DNA of 60,899 nucleotides from Candidatus Midichloria sp. (GTDB lineage Bacteria; Pseudomonadota; Alphaproteobacteria; Rickettsiales; Midichloriaceae): NCBI GenBank assembly GCA_030073355.1, contig JALDTH010000001.1, positions 1 to 60,899 of the forward strand, read 5' to 3'. Shown piece by piece: positions 41,403 to 52,483 of this stretch (position 1 is its first letter; each line of letters starts with the position of its first letter). The notes under the pieces were generated by a model. It saw only the letters and a program-made list of their open reading frames with translations, ran no database searches and was not told where the DNA came from. The position numbers and the translations under genes were made by a program.

Positions 41403-43467
41403 CTATACTGAGACTGCTGCAATTGAGGAGAAATTTGTATCACTATATAGATTAATTAGCACGAAAAATTTTTCATCTAAATTGCTACTTTGTTCTCGAG
41501 CTATATGATTTGCATACTTAATTAAGTGTTGCTGGGTAAAAAAATTATAAATTTTAAATAAAGGTAACCCACTTTGTTGAGTACCAAGTATTTTGCCGCT
41601 ACCCCTAATACGTAAATCTTCTTCAGCAAGTTTAAACCATCATTTGTCTTTTTCATTGCTTCTAGCCTATACTTGGCAGTCACGCTAAGAGGATGACTAT
41701 ATAAAAGTATGCAATGAGATTGTTTATTGCCTCTCCCAACTCGGCCTCTTAATTGGTGCATTTGTGCTAACCCAAAACGTGCTCTATTACCATAATTGTT
41801 GCATCATGCACATCCACTCCAACTTCTATAACTGTAGTTGCTACAAGGATTTTATATTGCCACTCTGGGAGGCAAAGTCTTCCATAATCTTTTCTCTTTC
41901 TTCAACCTTAATTCGACTGTGAATTACTGCGACCTAGTTACCAAATATTTTTTCTAGCGCGTCATAGCGTTGTTTAACATTATTTAAAGATAATTTTTCT
42001 GACTCTTCTATTAAAGACAAATCCAATATACTTTTGCTCCGTGCTCTATAGCGTTCTTTGTACTGTGGATTAAGAAATCTGATTTCTTTGAAGAGAGTAA
42101 GGAAGTAATAATTTGGAGCCTACCAACAGGTTTTTCTCTTATGGCCGAAATTTTCATATTACCATAACACGTCATAATCAATGTTCTTGGTATTGGAGTG
42201 GCAGACATCATAAGAAAATCGCAGGTCATACCTTTTTCTAATAACTCTAAGCGCTGTGCAACTCCAAATTTATGTTGCTCATCTATAATTATTAAACCTG
42301 GTTTATGAAATTGAACTTCTGCTTGTATTAAGGCATGGGTTCCAATAATTAATTTAATTTTTCCATTTCTAATATCATCCATAGAGCTGCTTTTTTTGAA
42401 AATTTGGTATTTTGCTAATCAATAAACTGCTTTCTATTTGGGAGTTAGGGAAAAGTTTTTTAAAATTAGAAAAATGCTGTCTAGCTAAAAGTTCGGTTGG
42501 CGCCATAATTATAGCCTGGACTCCTGCTTCTATTACATTGATAGCTGAAAGAAAAGCAACAATTAGTTTTTCCACTGCCAACATCTCCTTGCAAAATTCT
42601 TACCATAGTTGATCAGATTTTTGATCGTTATTTATTTTCTCTAAGATATCTTTTTGGTTATTAGTTAACTTAAAGGGAATGGAGGAAAGAAAACTATTTT
42701 GTAGCAAGCCTGTAGGTAAGCGGAGTTTTTTTATGCTCTAGGAGCTTACTTTGCGGGGTTTCAAGCATTATTTGCTCAGTTAGCATTTCATCAAAAGCTA
42801 GCCACTCAAGCGCTTTATCTATCATTTTAATCTCAGCGTTATTTTTAGGATTATGGATCACATGAATCGCTTCATTCCATGAGGGTAATTATAATTTTTC
42901 TTTTAAATCCAATGGTATCCATTTAGGTAATAAAGGTAGTACTTTTAATATCTCCTTGATTACAGAAGTTATACTTTTTAAGCTGAGCCTAAGGCTTGCT
43001 GGATAGACTAGTTCGATTGTAAAACTTTGCTCTGCTTTACTAGCAGGCACTATTATGTCTGGATGGAGCATCTGTAAGTCACCATAATTCCAGTCAACTT
43101 TACCGCTAATTGCTATTTTATTGCTAACCTTCCAAGAAGATAAAGCAGATTTATTAATATGAAAAAAGATCAAGGTTATTGAACCAGTTTGGTTTTGACA
43201 AAGTATCTTAGTTATTTTCTGTCCTCTATTCTTAGGCAATATCGCTTCAATAGTTACGATCTGACTTAATATCTGCCCGGATTTAGCTTGATTAAGCGCA
43301 GTTATTTTTCTTCTGTCTATATAATGTGTTAGAATATGAAAAATTAATTCCTTTACAGAGTTATATCCTAAATTGCTTAATAGTTCTGCTTTCTTCGGCC
43401 CGACTCCTTTTACATATTGTAGTGGATTATTAAAAATATGGTTGATGAAAAAAATAGAATTATTCAT
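41403..43467 (-). pseudogene. recG: ATP-dependent DNA helicase RecG, fragmented
   Basis: VKGVGPK, MAPTELLARQH, IIDEQHKFGVAQR, MSATPIPRTL and HQLRGRVGRG in separate fragments. Confidence 0.95.
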
Positions 43468-44336
43468 TTTTTCTTTTTAAATTCCAACTCAACTAAGTAA
43501 TTAAACTCAGCTCCATATATTAGGATTAAACTACAAAAGTAAAAAAATAGCAAAGATATAATAATACCTGCAATACTGCCATATATCATATTAATCTGTG
43601 GAAAATAAGAAATGTAATACTTAAAGATTTTGGAAAAAACTGCCCAACAGAATAGCACTAATACAGCGCCAGGTAATATTTTAGTGAATTTTTGCTTTTT
43701 GTTTGGCAAGGAATAGTAGAGATATGAAACAAAGATAATACCAAAGATATAGATGATTGTGCTTCTTAGGAGTTCTAAATCTTTATCTATCAAAGAAATA
43801 ATCTGGGCGTCCGGTATGACAATATGCTTTTCTAAAAAGTTCCACATAGCTGGAATTATTATCAGTATGAGTATTGCCACTACTAAAATGATTATAACGA
43901 TAATAAATTCGAAGATACTAAATAGCCTTCTCAGTAGATAAGCTGGTGGATTTTTTACGTTATATGCGCGGTTTAGTGTAGTTCTTATACCTTCAAAGAT
44001 TGAGGAAGCTGTCCAGATCGCACTAATTATGGCAATAGTTAAAAAGCTTTGAGGAGGCAGAGTGGTAATTTCAATTATTCTTGGTTTTAAAGAATCTATA
44101 AAGCTTGCCCAAGGACTATTAAGGATAAGATTTGTAAGAGTGGTAACTAAAGGTATATCTACTAGGTTACTTAGAGTACCAATTATTGCTGTAAAAAATA
44201 CTAAAAATGGAAAGATTGCGAGCATTAGTAAAAATGATAGGTACCCGGCATGCTCTATACCATCATGATTAATAGTGTTAATCAAACTTTGGTAAATAAT
44301 TTTTATAAAAGTTGTAATTTTAGTACTTTTTACCAT
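43464..44336 (-). CDS. YihY / virulence factor BrkB family membrane protein
   Basis: AGYLSF..LAIFPF, LNRAY, LPGA, IYGSIAG, GAEFN. Confidence 0.9.
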   Translation of the reverse strand: MVKSTKITTFIKIIYQSLINTINHDGIEHAGYLSFLLMLAIFPFLVFFTAIIGTLSNLVDIPLVTTLTNLILNSPWASFIDSLKPRIIEITTLPPQSFLTIAIISAIWTASSIFEGIRTTLNRAYNVKNPPAYLLRRLFSIFEFIIVIIILVVAILILIIIPAMWNFLEKHIVIPDAQIISLIDKDLELLRSTIIYIFGIIFVSYLYYSLPNKKQKFTKILPGAVLVLFCWAVFSKIFKYYISYFPQINMIYGSIAGIIISLLFFYFCSLILIYGAEFNYLVELEFKKKK

Positions 44337-45208
44337 TTTATATCATATTGCTTATAAGCAGCTTTTATTGTGTTAAGCATTAAGCAGGAAACCGTCACGG
44401 GGCCAACTCCACCTGGTACCGGAGTTAAGAATCTAGCAACTTTTCTTACACTCTCAAAGTCAACATCACCATACAACTTATCATTTACTTTCACAATGCC
44501 AACATCAATTACACAAGCACCTTTTTTAATCCAATCACCTTTGATAAAAGAGGGTGAACCAACCGCTGAGATTAATATATCTGCAGTCCTACATTCGTCT
44601 TTTATATTATAAGAATTTGAGTTTAATGAAGTAACACTGCAGCTTTCTCTGATTAATATTGAGGCCATAGGCCGACCTACTATCCTTGAACGACCTAGAA
44701 TTACTGCTTTTTTTCCACTTATATTTGTTCCTAGCATCTCATGTAACAAAATTAAGACTCCTTGGGGAGTGCAAGGCTCTAAACTGTCTTGCCATGAGTT
44801 TAATAGGCCAACGTTATAGGTGCTAAACCCATCTACATCTTTTTCATAATTGACCGTATCTATGATTTTTTGAGTGTTGATATGCTGTGGCAAAGGCAAC
44901 TGAACTAATATTCCATTGACGTTTGGATCAGAGTTTAATTTTTCTATACACTCTATTATTTCCTGTTCGGTTGCGGTTTGAGGAAATTTATAAACTTCTG
45001 AATTAAGGCCAACTTCTTTTGCTTTTTTAGCTTTATTATTAACGTAAATTTGGCTTGCTGTATCGGTACCAACTAAGATTACGGCAAACCCAAGAGCTGA
45101 TCTTTGTGTTTTACAAATAACTGTAGAAAGATGTTCGATCTTGCTTTTCACCCTTTCCAAGACTTTAGCTAAATATAATTTCCCATCTATAATTTCACAA
45201 TTCTGCAT
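44330..45208 (-). CDS. folD: Methylenetetrahydrofolate dehydrogenase/cyclohydrolase
   Basis: IIDGK start (ATG at 45208), GILVQLPLP, KDVDGF, PCTP, TPVPGGVGP. Confidence 0.96.
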   Translation of the reverse strand: MQNCEIIDGKLYLAKVLERVKSKIEHLSTVICKTQRSALGFAVILVGTDTASQIYVNNKAKKAKEVGLNSEVYKFPQTATEQEIIECIEKLNSDPNVNGILVQLPLPQHINTQKIIDTVNYEKDVDGFSTYNVGLLNSWQDSLEPCTPQGVLILLHEMLGTNISGKKAVILGRSRIVGRPMASILIRESCSVTSLNSNSYNIKDECRTADILISAVGSPSFIKGDWIKKGACVIDVGIVKVNDKLYGDVDFESVRKVARFLTPVPGGVGPVTVSCLMLNTIKAAYKQYDIKW

Positions 45209-45215
45209 ATTGCAA

Positions 45216-46217
45216 TTATTTGTTAGGTATCCCTTTGGTTGTTGAGTATTCAAAGTGCATTTCAGCTCTGTTATTAATAATATAGTAGGCGCTATGGCAT
45301 GCAAGAGCGGCTTCTGCAAATCCGGTTAATATTAATTTTAGTTTCCCCGGGTAATTTATTATATCTCCAACTGCAAAAACTCCTTTTATGTTGGTTTGCA
45401 TAGTGCTTGGATCAACTTTTATATGTTTATCTTCCATCTCTATCTCCCAATCTAATATTGGTCCTATATTCATTGAGAGGCCAAAAAAAGGCAAAAGATA
45501 ATCTGTGGATATTAGTTTAATATTATTGTCAAAGTCTATTACTTCTACGGTGTCGAGTCTTCCATTTTGCCCATAGATTTTATGTAATTGATATGGAATA
45601 ACCAGCTCTATCTTTCCTTCTTCGATTTGTGCATGAATTCTTTTCATACTTTCTGGAGTCGCCTTAAATTTATTACGTCTATGAACTAGATATATTTTTG
45701 AAGCGATTTCAGAAAGAGATAAACTCCAATCTATTGCTGAGTCTCCGCCTCCAGCTATTACTATTTTTTTATCTTGGAATATTTCCTGTTTAGTGATACT
45801 ATAAAAAACGCTCTTGTTTTCAAATTCTAAAATATTTTCTATAGCGGGTCTATTTGGACCAAATGACCCTACACCTGCTGCAATTATTATAGTCCTGCCC
45901 TCTATTTTATTGTTAGCGGCAGTAGTTACGGTAAAATTTTGATCTTCATTTCTGTGGATCGATAGAGCTTGTTGCGCCAAGAAAAATGTAGGTTTAAATG
46001 GCTCTATTTGTTTATAAAGTTGATCAATTAATTCTTGAGCTAAAATTCGTGGATAGGCTGGTATATCATATATTGGCTTTTCTGGATATAATGTATTACA
46101 CTGTCCTCCAAGAGAGGGAACGGCATCTATAACGGCACAGCTGAGTCCCATCATTCCTGCTTGGAATATTGAAAAAAGTCCAGATGGTCCAGCTCCTATA
46201 ATTATTATATCAAACAT
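45216..46217 (-). CDS. Ferredoxin-NADP+ reductase, TrxB-like (YumC type)
   Basis: GAGPSGL, GGQC..LYPEKPIYDIP, GGGDSAIDW, YPGKLKLILTGFAEA, FEYST; lacks CxxC. Confidence 0.9.
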   Translation of the reverse strand: MFDIIIIGAGPSGLFSIFQAGMMGLSCAVIDAVPSLGGQCNTLYPEKPIYDIPAYPRILAQELIDQLYKQIEPFKPTFFLAQQALSIHRNEDQNFTVTTAANNKIEGRTIIIAAGVGSFGPNRPAIENILEFENKSVFYSITKQEIFQDKKIVIAGGGDSAIDWSLSLSEIASKIYLVHRRNKFKATPESMKRIHAQIEEGKIELVIPYQLHKIYGQNGRLDTVEVIDFDNNIKLISTDYLLPFFGLSMNIGPILDWEIEMEDKHIKVDPSTMQTNIKGVFAVGDIINYPGKLKLILTGFAEAALACHSAYYIINNRAEMHFEYSTTKGIPNK

Positions 46218-46301
46218 CTCATAGAAAAGTTAATTTTATCAATGCTTAGGTATTATAAGATTTTTAAGGGATCAACACAATATAATAAATTAGGGGATAT
46301 T

Positions 46302-47345
46302 TTATTTGTTTTTGATAAGTAAATAATACTTCTTTGGATTATAAACTATATTCCAATTTTTTTCTGGATTTCGCTTTCTTGTTTAAAAACCATTTTATGT
46401 ACAAAAACTCCATCTACATTATGTTTTATAGCAGTTTCCAATACGCTTATGTCAATAAATTCATTCAATATTCTTTCATTGAATGCCGTACCTGCTCTTC
46501 CATCTATAAAGTGTTTAATTTTGCCGTTACCGAATAGAATTATGTATCCTCCTAAATTATAATTATTAATAATTTTAGAGCTGGGGTAATTATTTGCCGT
46601 ATATTGGATTAATTCTACTGGGACTCTATTTAGTCCTATCTTTTTATCATCTTTAGTGATAACTAAAAAAGCATGGATAGAAACTGATACAATGATCAAT
46701 AAAATACTAATTAAAGTTTTATGAACATTTTTTAGTTTAACAGTAAATTTAGAAGTAGGAAGAGATCTGTCAACTATACCAGCTATAAATGGCATTCCTG
46801 AAATGGCTAAATTACTAAAATTTCTTACTGATAATAAAGAGGCAATTAAAAAAGCTAATCCAATAAGCCAATCACTATTTTTAATCATAAGTTCTGTGTA
46901 GCGAGTATGAAAGGCGTAGCCAGCCATTATTAATACTAAAAATAACATACTAGAATAGGATTAGCCGAAAAAGAAAGGGCGCCATTCGTTGATGTAATCT
47001 ATGACCACACTATTTAAGGTTCTGAGAGAGCCTTATAACTTATTGGATTTATCAGAGTAGTTAAAGAGCATGTTATCGATATTTTAATAATTTTTTTATG
47101 GCAACTTTATTTTTTTCGTATACAGCAATAGGCATAAATACTCCTAATAAAGCATAGAGAATAAGGAATCCGCCGTGACTATTTGTCCAAATTAGAGTAG
47201 CAAAAGGCAATTTGTTTAGAGCTTTTTCGTCATTTAGATAATAAAAATTATATAACTTATTCATGAAGAAAGTTATCATAATACAAGAAATGAGCTGAGG
47301 CCTTAGGCAGCCTATTTCGATGAATAGCAAAGATGTTAACGCTAA
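46302..47345 (-). pseudogene. Polytopic membrane protein (GT-C-like), 5'-truncated and frameshifted
   Basis: LRPQL, WTNSHGGF, SVRN and NYNLGGY..KHFIDGRA motifs in separate fragments; functional class is inference. Confidence 0.6.
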
Positions 47346-47354
47346 GCTTATCAA

Positions 47355-47646
47355 GATTTTTTTGCCAAATTTTGACATTTGCTCCAGTTATCGGGACACA
47401 ATTTTGATCAAGAATAGTTCCGGAAATTATAATACTTTGACCTTGTGCAAATACTGAAGATCCGGTTTGCTTTCTTAATTCTGAAGAGGTTGCAAATTTT
47501 GTTGGTGCTTCTAAAGACCAAATTTGTAGAGTGATGATGCAGTCTTTAATTAAAATACTATCTTGGACATTATCTATAGCAAAGCTTTCGATTAATATAA
47601 GCTTTGCTATAAAGATTAAATAACCCACTCTGGTAATTATTTTCAT
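47355..47646 (-). pseudogene. Intradiol (protocatechuate 3,4-dioxygenase beta-like) gene, 3' half missing
   Basis: GQSIIISGTILDQNCVPITGANVKIWQ motif, then runs into the out-of-frame membrane-protein gene; junction approximate. Confidence 0.7.
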
Positions 47647-47713
47647 AATAAATTTTCCAAATATAACTAAAATGATAATATCAATTATCTAAACATGTAA
47701 TTGAATTTATGAT

Positions 47714-48232
47714 ATGAGTAATAAAGACCAAAATCAAGCTTCTTATGCGATTAAAGAGTGCTATAATATTATCTATGATATTGTAAATAAGAATAAAAAA
47801 GTTACAGAAGAAGATAGCGGTGACTTGAAAATGGTGCTGATGAGGTTACTAGAGCACTTAATCACTACAAAGGATATCCTAGAATTAGATAAGTTAATTA
47901 AGATAATACTAGCTCTTTTGAAAATGAGGAAAAACTCAACGAAGAAGGAGGAAGAACTTTCGGGAGAAGAGCTAAAAACTCAGACTATGTTTATAATATA
48001 TGAAGTATATAAAATGTTAAACCCAAGCCGCATAGCTGGTGAGACTGAGATACAGAATTTTATAGATAATATTATGATTAGAGGAGTAGAAGCTGCACTC
48101 TACTATGATAGAAGAAATATAAGCAGAGGATTTAGCAAAGAAGAACTAAAGATTTTAGGGCAGCAGCATTCAAAGACTGCTTTAAGGCGCATAAATGCGT
48201 TTGGCTCTAGAGGTTGGGGAAAAGGAATGTGA
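47714..48232 (+). CDS. Rickettsiales conserved hypothetical protein (DUF5394-like)
   Basis: YEVYKMLNPSRIAGET motif recalled from the rickettsial family. Confidence 0.6.
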   Translation: MSNKDQNQASYAIKECYNIIYDIVNKNKKVTEEDSGDLKMVLMRLLEHLITTKDILELDKLIKIILALLKMRKNSTKKEEELSGEELKTQTMFIIYEVYKMLNPSRIAGETEIQNFIDNIMIRGVEAALYYDRRNISRGFSKEELKILGQQHSKTALRRINAFGSRGWGKGM

Positions 48233-48325
48233 GGAGGTTTTCTAAAAATTTGTTAAACATAAAAAATTTTATTTATGGAAATGCCATTATTGATACATGA
48301 AGGTTTATAAATTAGGTTTTATTTT

Positions 48326-49552
48326 ATGTTACAGGCTAAAAATTCAAAAACTGCATTAACAAAGCGGGATTTATCAATCCTAATCGGCAATAGCTTGGAT
48401 CATTTTGACACTGCAATCTATAGTTTTATAGCGCCAGTTATTTCAGAAATTTTTTTTCCTAACTATGATCCTATAGTAAGCTTAATCCTAACCTATAGTG
48501 TATTTGCAAGTTCCATGTTTACGAGGCCCATAGGGTCTATAATTTTTAGTGTAATTGCCGGAAACAAGGGAGCAGCTCTTGCCTTATCCTATTCATTGAT
48601 AGGCTTGTCGATCACTACTATTGCGATTGGATTTATACCAACTTATGCTACGATTGGTTTCTTTGCTCCTTTTATTCTCACCATTTGTAGGGTGCTACAA
48701 GGAATATTTGCAGAAGGAGAGAAAGTTATAGCGAAGTTATATATTCTAGAGAATAAATTACATGTACAAGCTGTTAAAGCTTCTACGCTTTATCAATTCT
48801 CGAGTATGGTAGGGATTATTTTAGCTTCTATTACAGGTATGTTATTGATTAATTACAATTATAGTGATTATTGGCGCTTATGTTTTATTCTAGGAGGAGG
48901 GGTAGGCATTACAGGATATAATCTTAGAAAGTATGCTAGAGTAGAGATAGATCAGATAAAGCCACTCTATGATGAAATAAAGTTGGTAAGGAATAATAAG
49001 TTGAAAATTTTCAGTGTAGCAGTAGTAAGCTGTTTTTCTTATGTGACTTATTCTATAGTTTTTATAGTAATGAATAATTTTGTTCCAGGCGTTACCTCTA
49101 TCTCTTTGGAGGTAATGATGAGTTATAATACAATATTGTTAGTAGTAGACGCTGGTATGTTGTTATTAATAGGGTACCTCATAAGGGAGTATAACTCTAC
49201 TAGGGTCATGATGATCTCCACTATTGTCTTGTTTATTACTATAGTGCCGTTATGGAGAAATATGGATGGCAGTAGTTTATGGTATGTGAATTGTGTTCGT
49301 TTTTGGATTATTACGATAGGGGTATTCTTCGCTTGCTCTATTAATTTATGGATTAATAGCTTATTTACAAATGAAGATAAGTACCTATTATCTGGGATTG
49401 GTGAGGCTATAGGGAGTTCAGTAGGCCGCCTCACTCCTGTACTTTGTATGATGCTTTGGCATTTTACAAAATTTTCGATTTCTATAGCTCTATACATTGC
49501 AACAATTGCTCTGCTTACTATATGGATTATAAAGGTAAAGGGTGAGTTCTAA
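48326..49552 (+). CDS. MFS transporter, divergent ProP-like
   Basis: GNSLDHFD, FFP..DP, RPIG, RVLQGIFAEGE; about 12 hydrophobic segments. Confidence 0.85.
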   Translation: MLQAKNSKTALTKRDLSILIGNSLDHFDTAIYSFIAPVISEIFFPNYDPIVSLILTYSVFASSMFTRPIGSIIFSVIAGNKGAALALSYSLIGLSITTIAIGFIPTYATIGFFAPFILTICRVLQGIFAEGEKVIAKLYILENKLHVQAVKASTLYQFSSMVGIILASITGMLLINYNYSDYWRLCFILGGGVGITGYNLRKYARVEIDQIKPLYDEIKLVRNNKLKIFSVAVVSCFSYVTYSIVFIVMNNFVPGVTSISLEVMMSYNTILLVVDAGMLLLIGYLIREYNSTRVMMISTIVLFITIVPLWRNMDGSSLWYVNCVRFWIITIGVFFACSINLWINSLFTNEDKYLLSGIGEAIGSSVGRLTPVLCMMLWHFTKFSISIALYIATIALLTIWIIKVKGEF

Positions 49553-49734
49553 GCTAAATTCATCATGCCCACATCCACAGCACAGGTTTATAGGTTTATA
49601 GCTCTATATACTGCTTATAAATGGAAAAGAATTCAAGGAGATGTTTAAGGGGTAAGGGAAGCTGATAAAGCTCGAGCTTGTGAGAAGCTTCTAGCTGCTC
49701 AAGGATAGACTCTTTGTTTGCTAGAGTGTCCAAG

Positions 49735-49823
49735 GGGCTTCCTATGAGCGCGTCAATTACTTCTTTCACCACTACAGGTCCTTAAGTAAGCCTATACAAT
49801 TCTTCAAGTTAAAGAGGTATACT
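49735..49823 (+). repeat. Partial copy of the 14320..14410 / 14634..14660 repeat end
   Basis: GAGCGCGTCAATTAC...GTAAGCCTATACAATTCTTCAAGTTAAAGAGGTATACT aligns to both trxB-lpdA intergenic copies. Confidence 0.7.
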
Positions 49824-49879
49824 ACTTATAAATCTCTATTGTCCGAAAAGGAATAAGAATTTTTCAACATAAACATCAT

Positions 49880-50223
49880 ATCATTGGAGGTGTCGTAGTA
49901 GTTACCTGGTCGTCGGTGTTGTAGTAGTAGATGTACTTGTAGTAGTGGAGGTTGAGATTGTAGTAGTTGACATTGTTGTGCTTTGAGCAAAACTTTCGGC
50001 TAAAAGCCCAGCATATATCACATACATGCCCTGCCTCGCTTCTACCACTTGGATTAGTATAAGGTGCACCAAATTAAAGTAATTTCTGCCGTCTCCATTG
50101 ATGTCTCCTGCTGATGATACCGAATGTCCTGCAAAAGATTACCAGCTGCAATACTGCGTTAATAACCAACCCAAAAGCAGTTGAGGTTAAAAGAGATGAT
50201 AGTTCGAATACACCATTAGCCAT
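49880..50223 (-). pseudogene. Integrin-alpha-type FG-GAP repeat remnant with Thr-rich stalk
   Basis: ATG at 50223 gives MANGVFELSSLL..FGLVIN; after a frameshift AGHSVSSAGDINGDG...YVIY..STTMSTTTISTSTTTSTSTTTTPTT. Confidence 0.8.
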
Positions 50224-50468
50224 AAATGAAGCTCTTTATACAAAATTAATCTTAAAAGCTATCCATCTCAACACTTGAGTAAAGCCAGCTAAACCTTCTT
50301 AGACCGTTTTTAAAACACTAACCCAGTCACTTTAATCAATATAAATTTACTGTGGTGGTCAAATCTATTTATAGGATTTGTGTGTTAACCTAAAATCCCA
50401 ACAATACTATATTCAAATCGGGATGTTATAATTAGATGGTTGATTTGTATATCTATTCTCTCTTTAAC

Positions 50469-52403
50469 TCAAGCTTCTTGAATACCGCTGCTTTCTTTTA
50501 ATTTAGGTTTTACAGATTTTGGCTCTGATCCGGCTTTTGGAACAGAAACGCTAGGCTTATTTGTAACTTTCTTGCTTTCGTCTTCTTTACGTACTATTAG
50601 CTTACCACTGATGAGGTCCTGCATTTCTTGACCACTTAAGACTTCGTATTCTAAAAGACCTTGGGCAATATCTTCTAATTGATCTCTATATTTAGTTAGA
50701 ATAGTTTTAGCCGTATTATAAGCCTCGTCAATAATCTTTTTAATCTCTTCATCTATTTTGGTGGCGAGCTCATTAGAAATATGATTAGAGCGGCCAATAG
50801 AATGCCCTAAAAACACTTCTTCTTTATCATCTCCTACAAGAACAGGTCCAATCGAATCGCTTAAGCCCCACTGCGTTACCATCTTTCTAGCAATTTGGGT
50901 AGCAACCTTAATATCATTGCCGGCGCCGGTAGTGATTTGATCTAGACTAAAGACAATTTCTTCGGCAACTCGTCCTCCCATTGCAACGGCTAGATCTGCT
51001 TTCAATTTAGCCTTTGTCATTGACAATCTGTCGCTCTCAGGCAAGCGCATAGTCACTCCAAGGGCTCTGCCTCTTGGGATAATTGTTGCTTTATGTAAAG
51101 GATCAGAGTCAGGCAAATGTAGAGCCACAAGCGCATGACCAGCTTCATGGTAAGCGGTTAATTTTTTATCATCATTTGTCATGACTAGAGATTTACGTTC
51201 AGCACCCATCATTACTTTATCTTTAGCAAATTCCATCTCCTGCATAGACACCATATTGCGATCGTGTCTTGCAGCTATTAGGGCAGCTTCATTTATAAGG
51301 TTTTTCAAATCTGCGCCAGAAAATCCTGGTGTACCCCTGGCAAGAACTCTGATATCAACATCAGGAGCAATTGGAACAGCTTTGGCATGCACTGCCAGAA
51401 TCTGCTCCCTGCCTTTAATATCTGGAATAGGTACGACGATCTGTCTATCAAATCTTCCTGGTCTCAAAAGAGCTGGATCAAGTACATCAGGTCTGTTTGT
51501 TGCAGCCATCACTATTACACCTTCGTTATCAGAAAACCCATCCATTTCAACAAGCAATTGATTTAATGTCTGCTCTCTTTCATCATTTCCACCACCAAGA
51601 CCTGCACCTCGGTGTCTACCTACAGCGTCAATTTCATCGATAAAAACTATACAAGGAGATTGCTTTTTAGCTTGAGCAAACATATCCCGTACCCTGCTTG
51701 CTCCAACACCTACAAACATTTCGACAAAATCAGAACCCGAAATAGTAAAAAAGGGCACTCCTGCCTCTCCAGCAACAGCTCGAGCTAATAATGTCTTACC
51801 AGTTCCTGGCGAACCAACTAAAAGGCAACCCCTTGGGATTTTACCCCCTAATTTTTGAAATTTGCCGGGATTTTTTAAAAAGTCTACAATTTCAACTAAT
51901 TCTTCTTTAGCCTCATCAACGCCTGCAACATCTGCAAAAGTTACTATCTTATTAGGATCAGATACCAATCTTGCTTTGGAACATCCAAACCCAAGTGCTT
52001 TTCCTCTTCCAGACTGCATATTTTTCATGAAATATACCCAAACTCCAATTAAGAGTATGACTGGAAACCAGGAAGATAAAAGAGCTATAAGATTACCAAA
52101 AGAAGTTTCTAGCGGTGCTATATCAATAGCAACTTCTTTTACTTTCATTTTTTCTATTAGGTTAGGATAATACCTTGGGATTAATGTGACGAATGACCCG
52201 CCTTCGATATATTTGCCTTTTACTAAGTCTCCTCTAATTGTCACAGATTTTACTGAGCCGCTGTCAATTTGGTCTAGGAATTCCGAAAATATTACTTTTT
52301 TGGCGGTAAGATTAATATCACCCAATATATTATAAACTATTATTAGTACGCCAACAACCGCTATCCAAATAGTAAAATTACTTCCACCTTTTAATTGCTT
52401 CAT
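50469..52403 (-). CDS. ftsH: ATP-dependent zinc metalloprotease FtsH
   Basis: Two TMs, [33 protein letters not shown]. Confidence 0.98.
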   Translation of the reverse strand: MKQLKGGSNFTIWIAVVGVLIIVYNILGDINLTAKKVIFSEFLDQIDSGSVKSVTIRGDLVKGKYIEGGSFVTLIPRYYPNLIEKMKVKEVAIDIAPLETSFGNLIALLSSWFPVILLIGVWVYFMKNMQSGRGKALGFGCSKARLVSDPNKIVTFADVAGVDEAKEELVEIVDFLKNPGKFQKLGGKIPRGCLLVGSPGTGKTLLARAVAGEAGVPFFTISGSDFVEMFVGVGASRVRDMFAQAKKQSPCIVFIDEIDAVGRHRGAGLGGGNDEREQTLNQLLVEMDGFSDNEGVIVMAATNRPDVLDPALLRPGRFDRQIVVPIPDIKGREQILAVHAKAVPIAPDVDIRVLARGTPGFSGADLKNLINEAALIAARHDRNMVSMQEMEFAKDKVMMGAERKSLVMTNDDKKLTAYHEAGHALVALHLPDSDPLHKATIIPRGRALGVTMRLPESDRLSMTKAKLKADLAVAMGGRVAEEIVFSLDQITTGAGNDIKVATQIARKMVTQWGLSDSIGPVLVGDDKEEVFLGHSIGRSNHISNELATKIDEEIKKIIDEAYNTAKTILTKYRDQLEDIAQGLLEYEVLSGQEMQDLISGKLIVRKEDESKKVTNKPSVSVPKAGSEPKSVKPKLKESSGIQEA

Positions 52404-52483
52404 TCCAACACCTAAAGATTTTAATTCTTAAAATAAAATTATAAGCAAGATGTATATTAACATATAGATTAATAATTTGCATG

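Noticed and set aside
1295-43467. Programmed frameshifting, recoding or an alternative genetic code as the explanation for broken ORFs
   Set aside because: Lesions are heterogeneous (indels, small deletions, TAA/TAG stops, missense in catalytic motifs) and essential genes read normally with the standard bacterial code.
45209-45319. N-terminal extension of folD in the ORF track
   Set aside because: Overlaps the upstream reductase gene; homology starts at ATG 45208.
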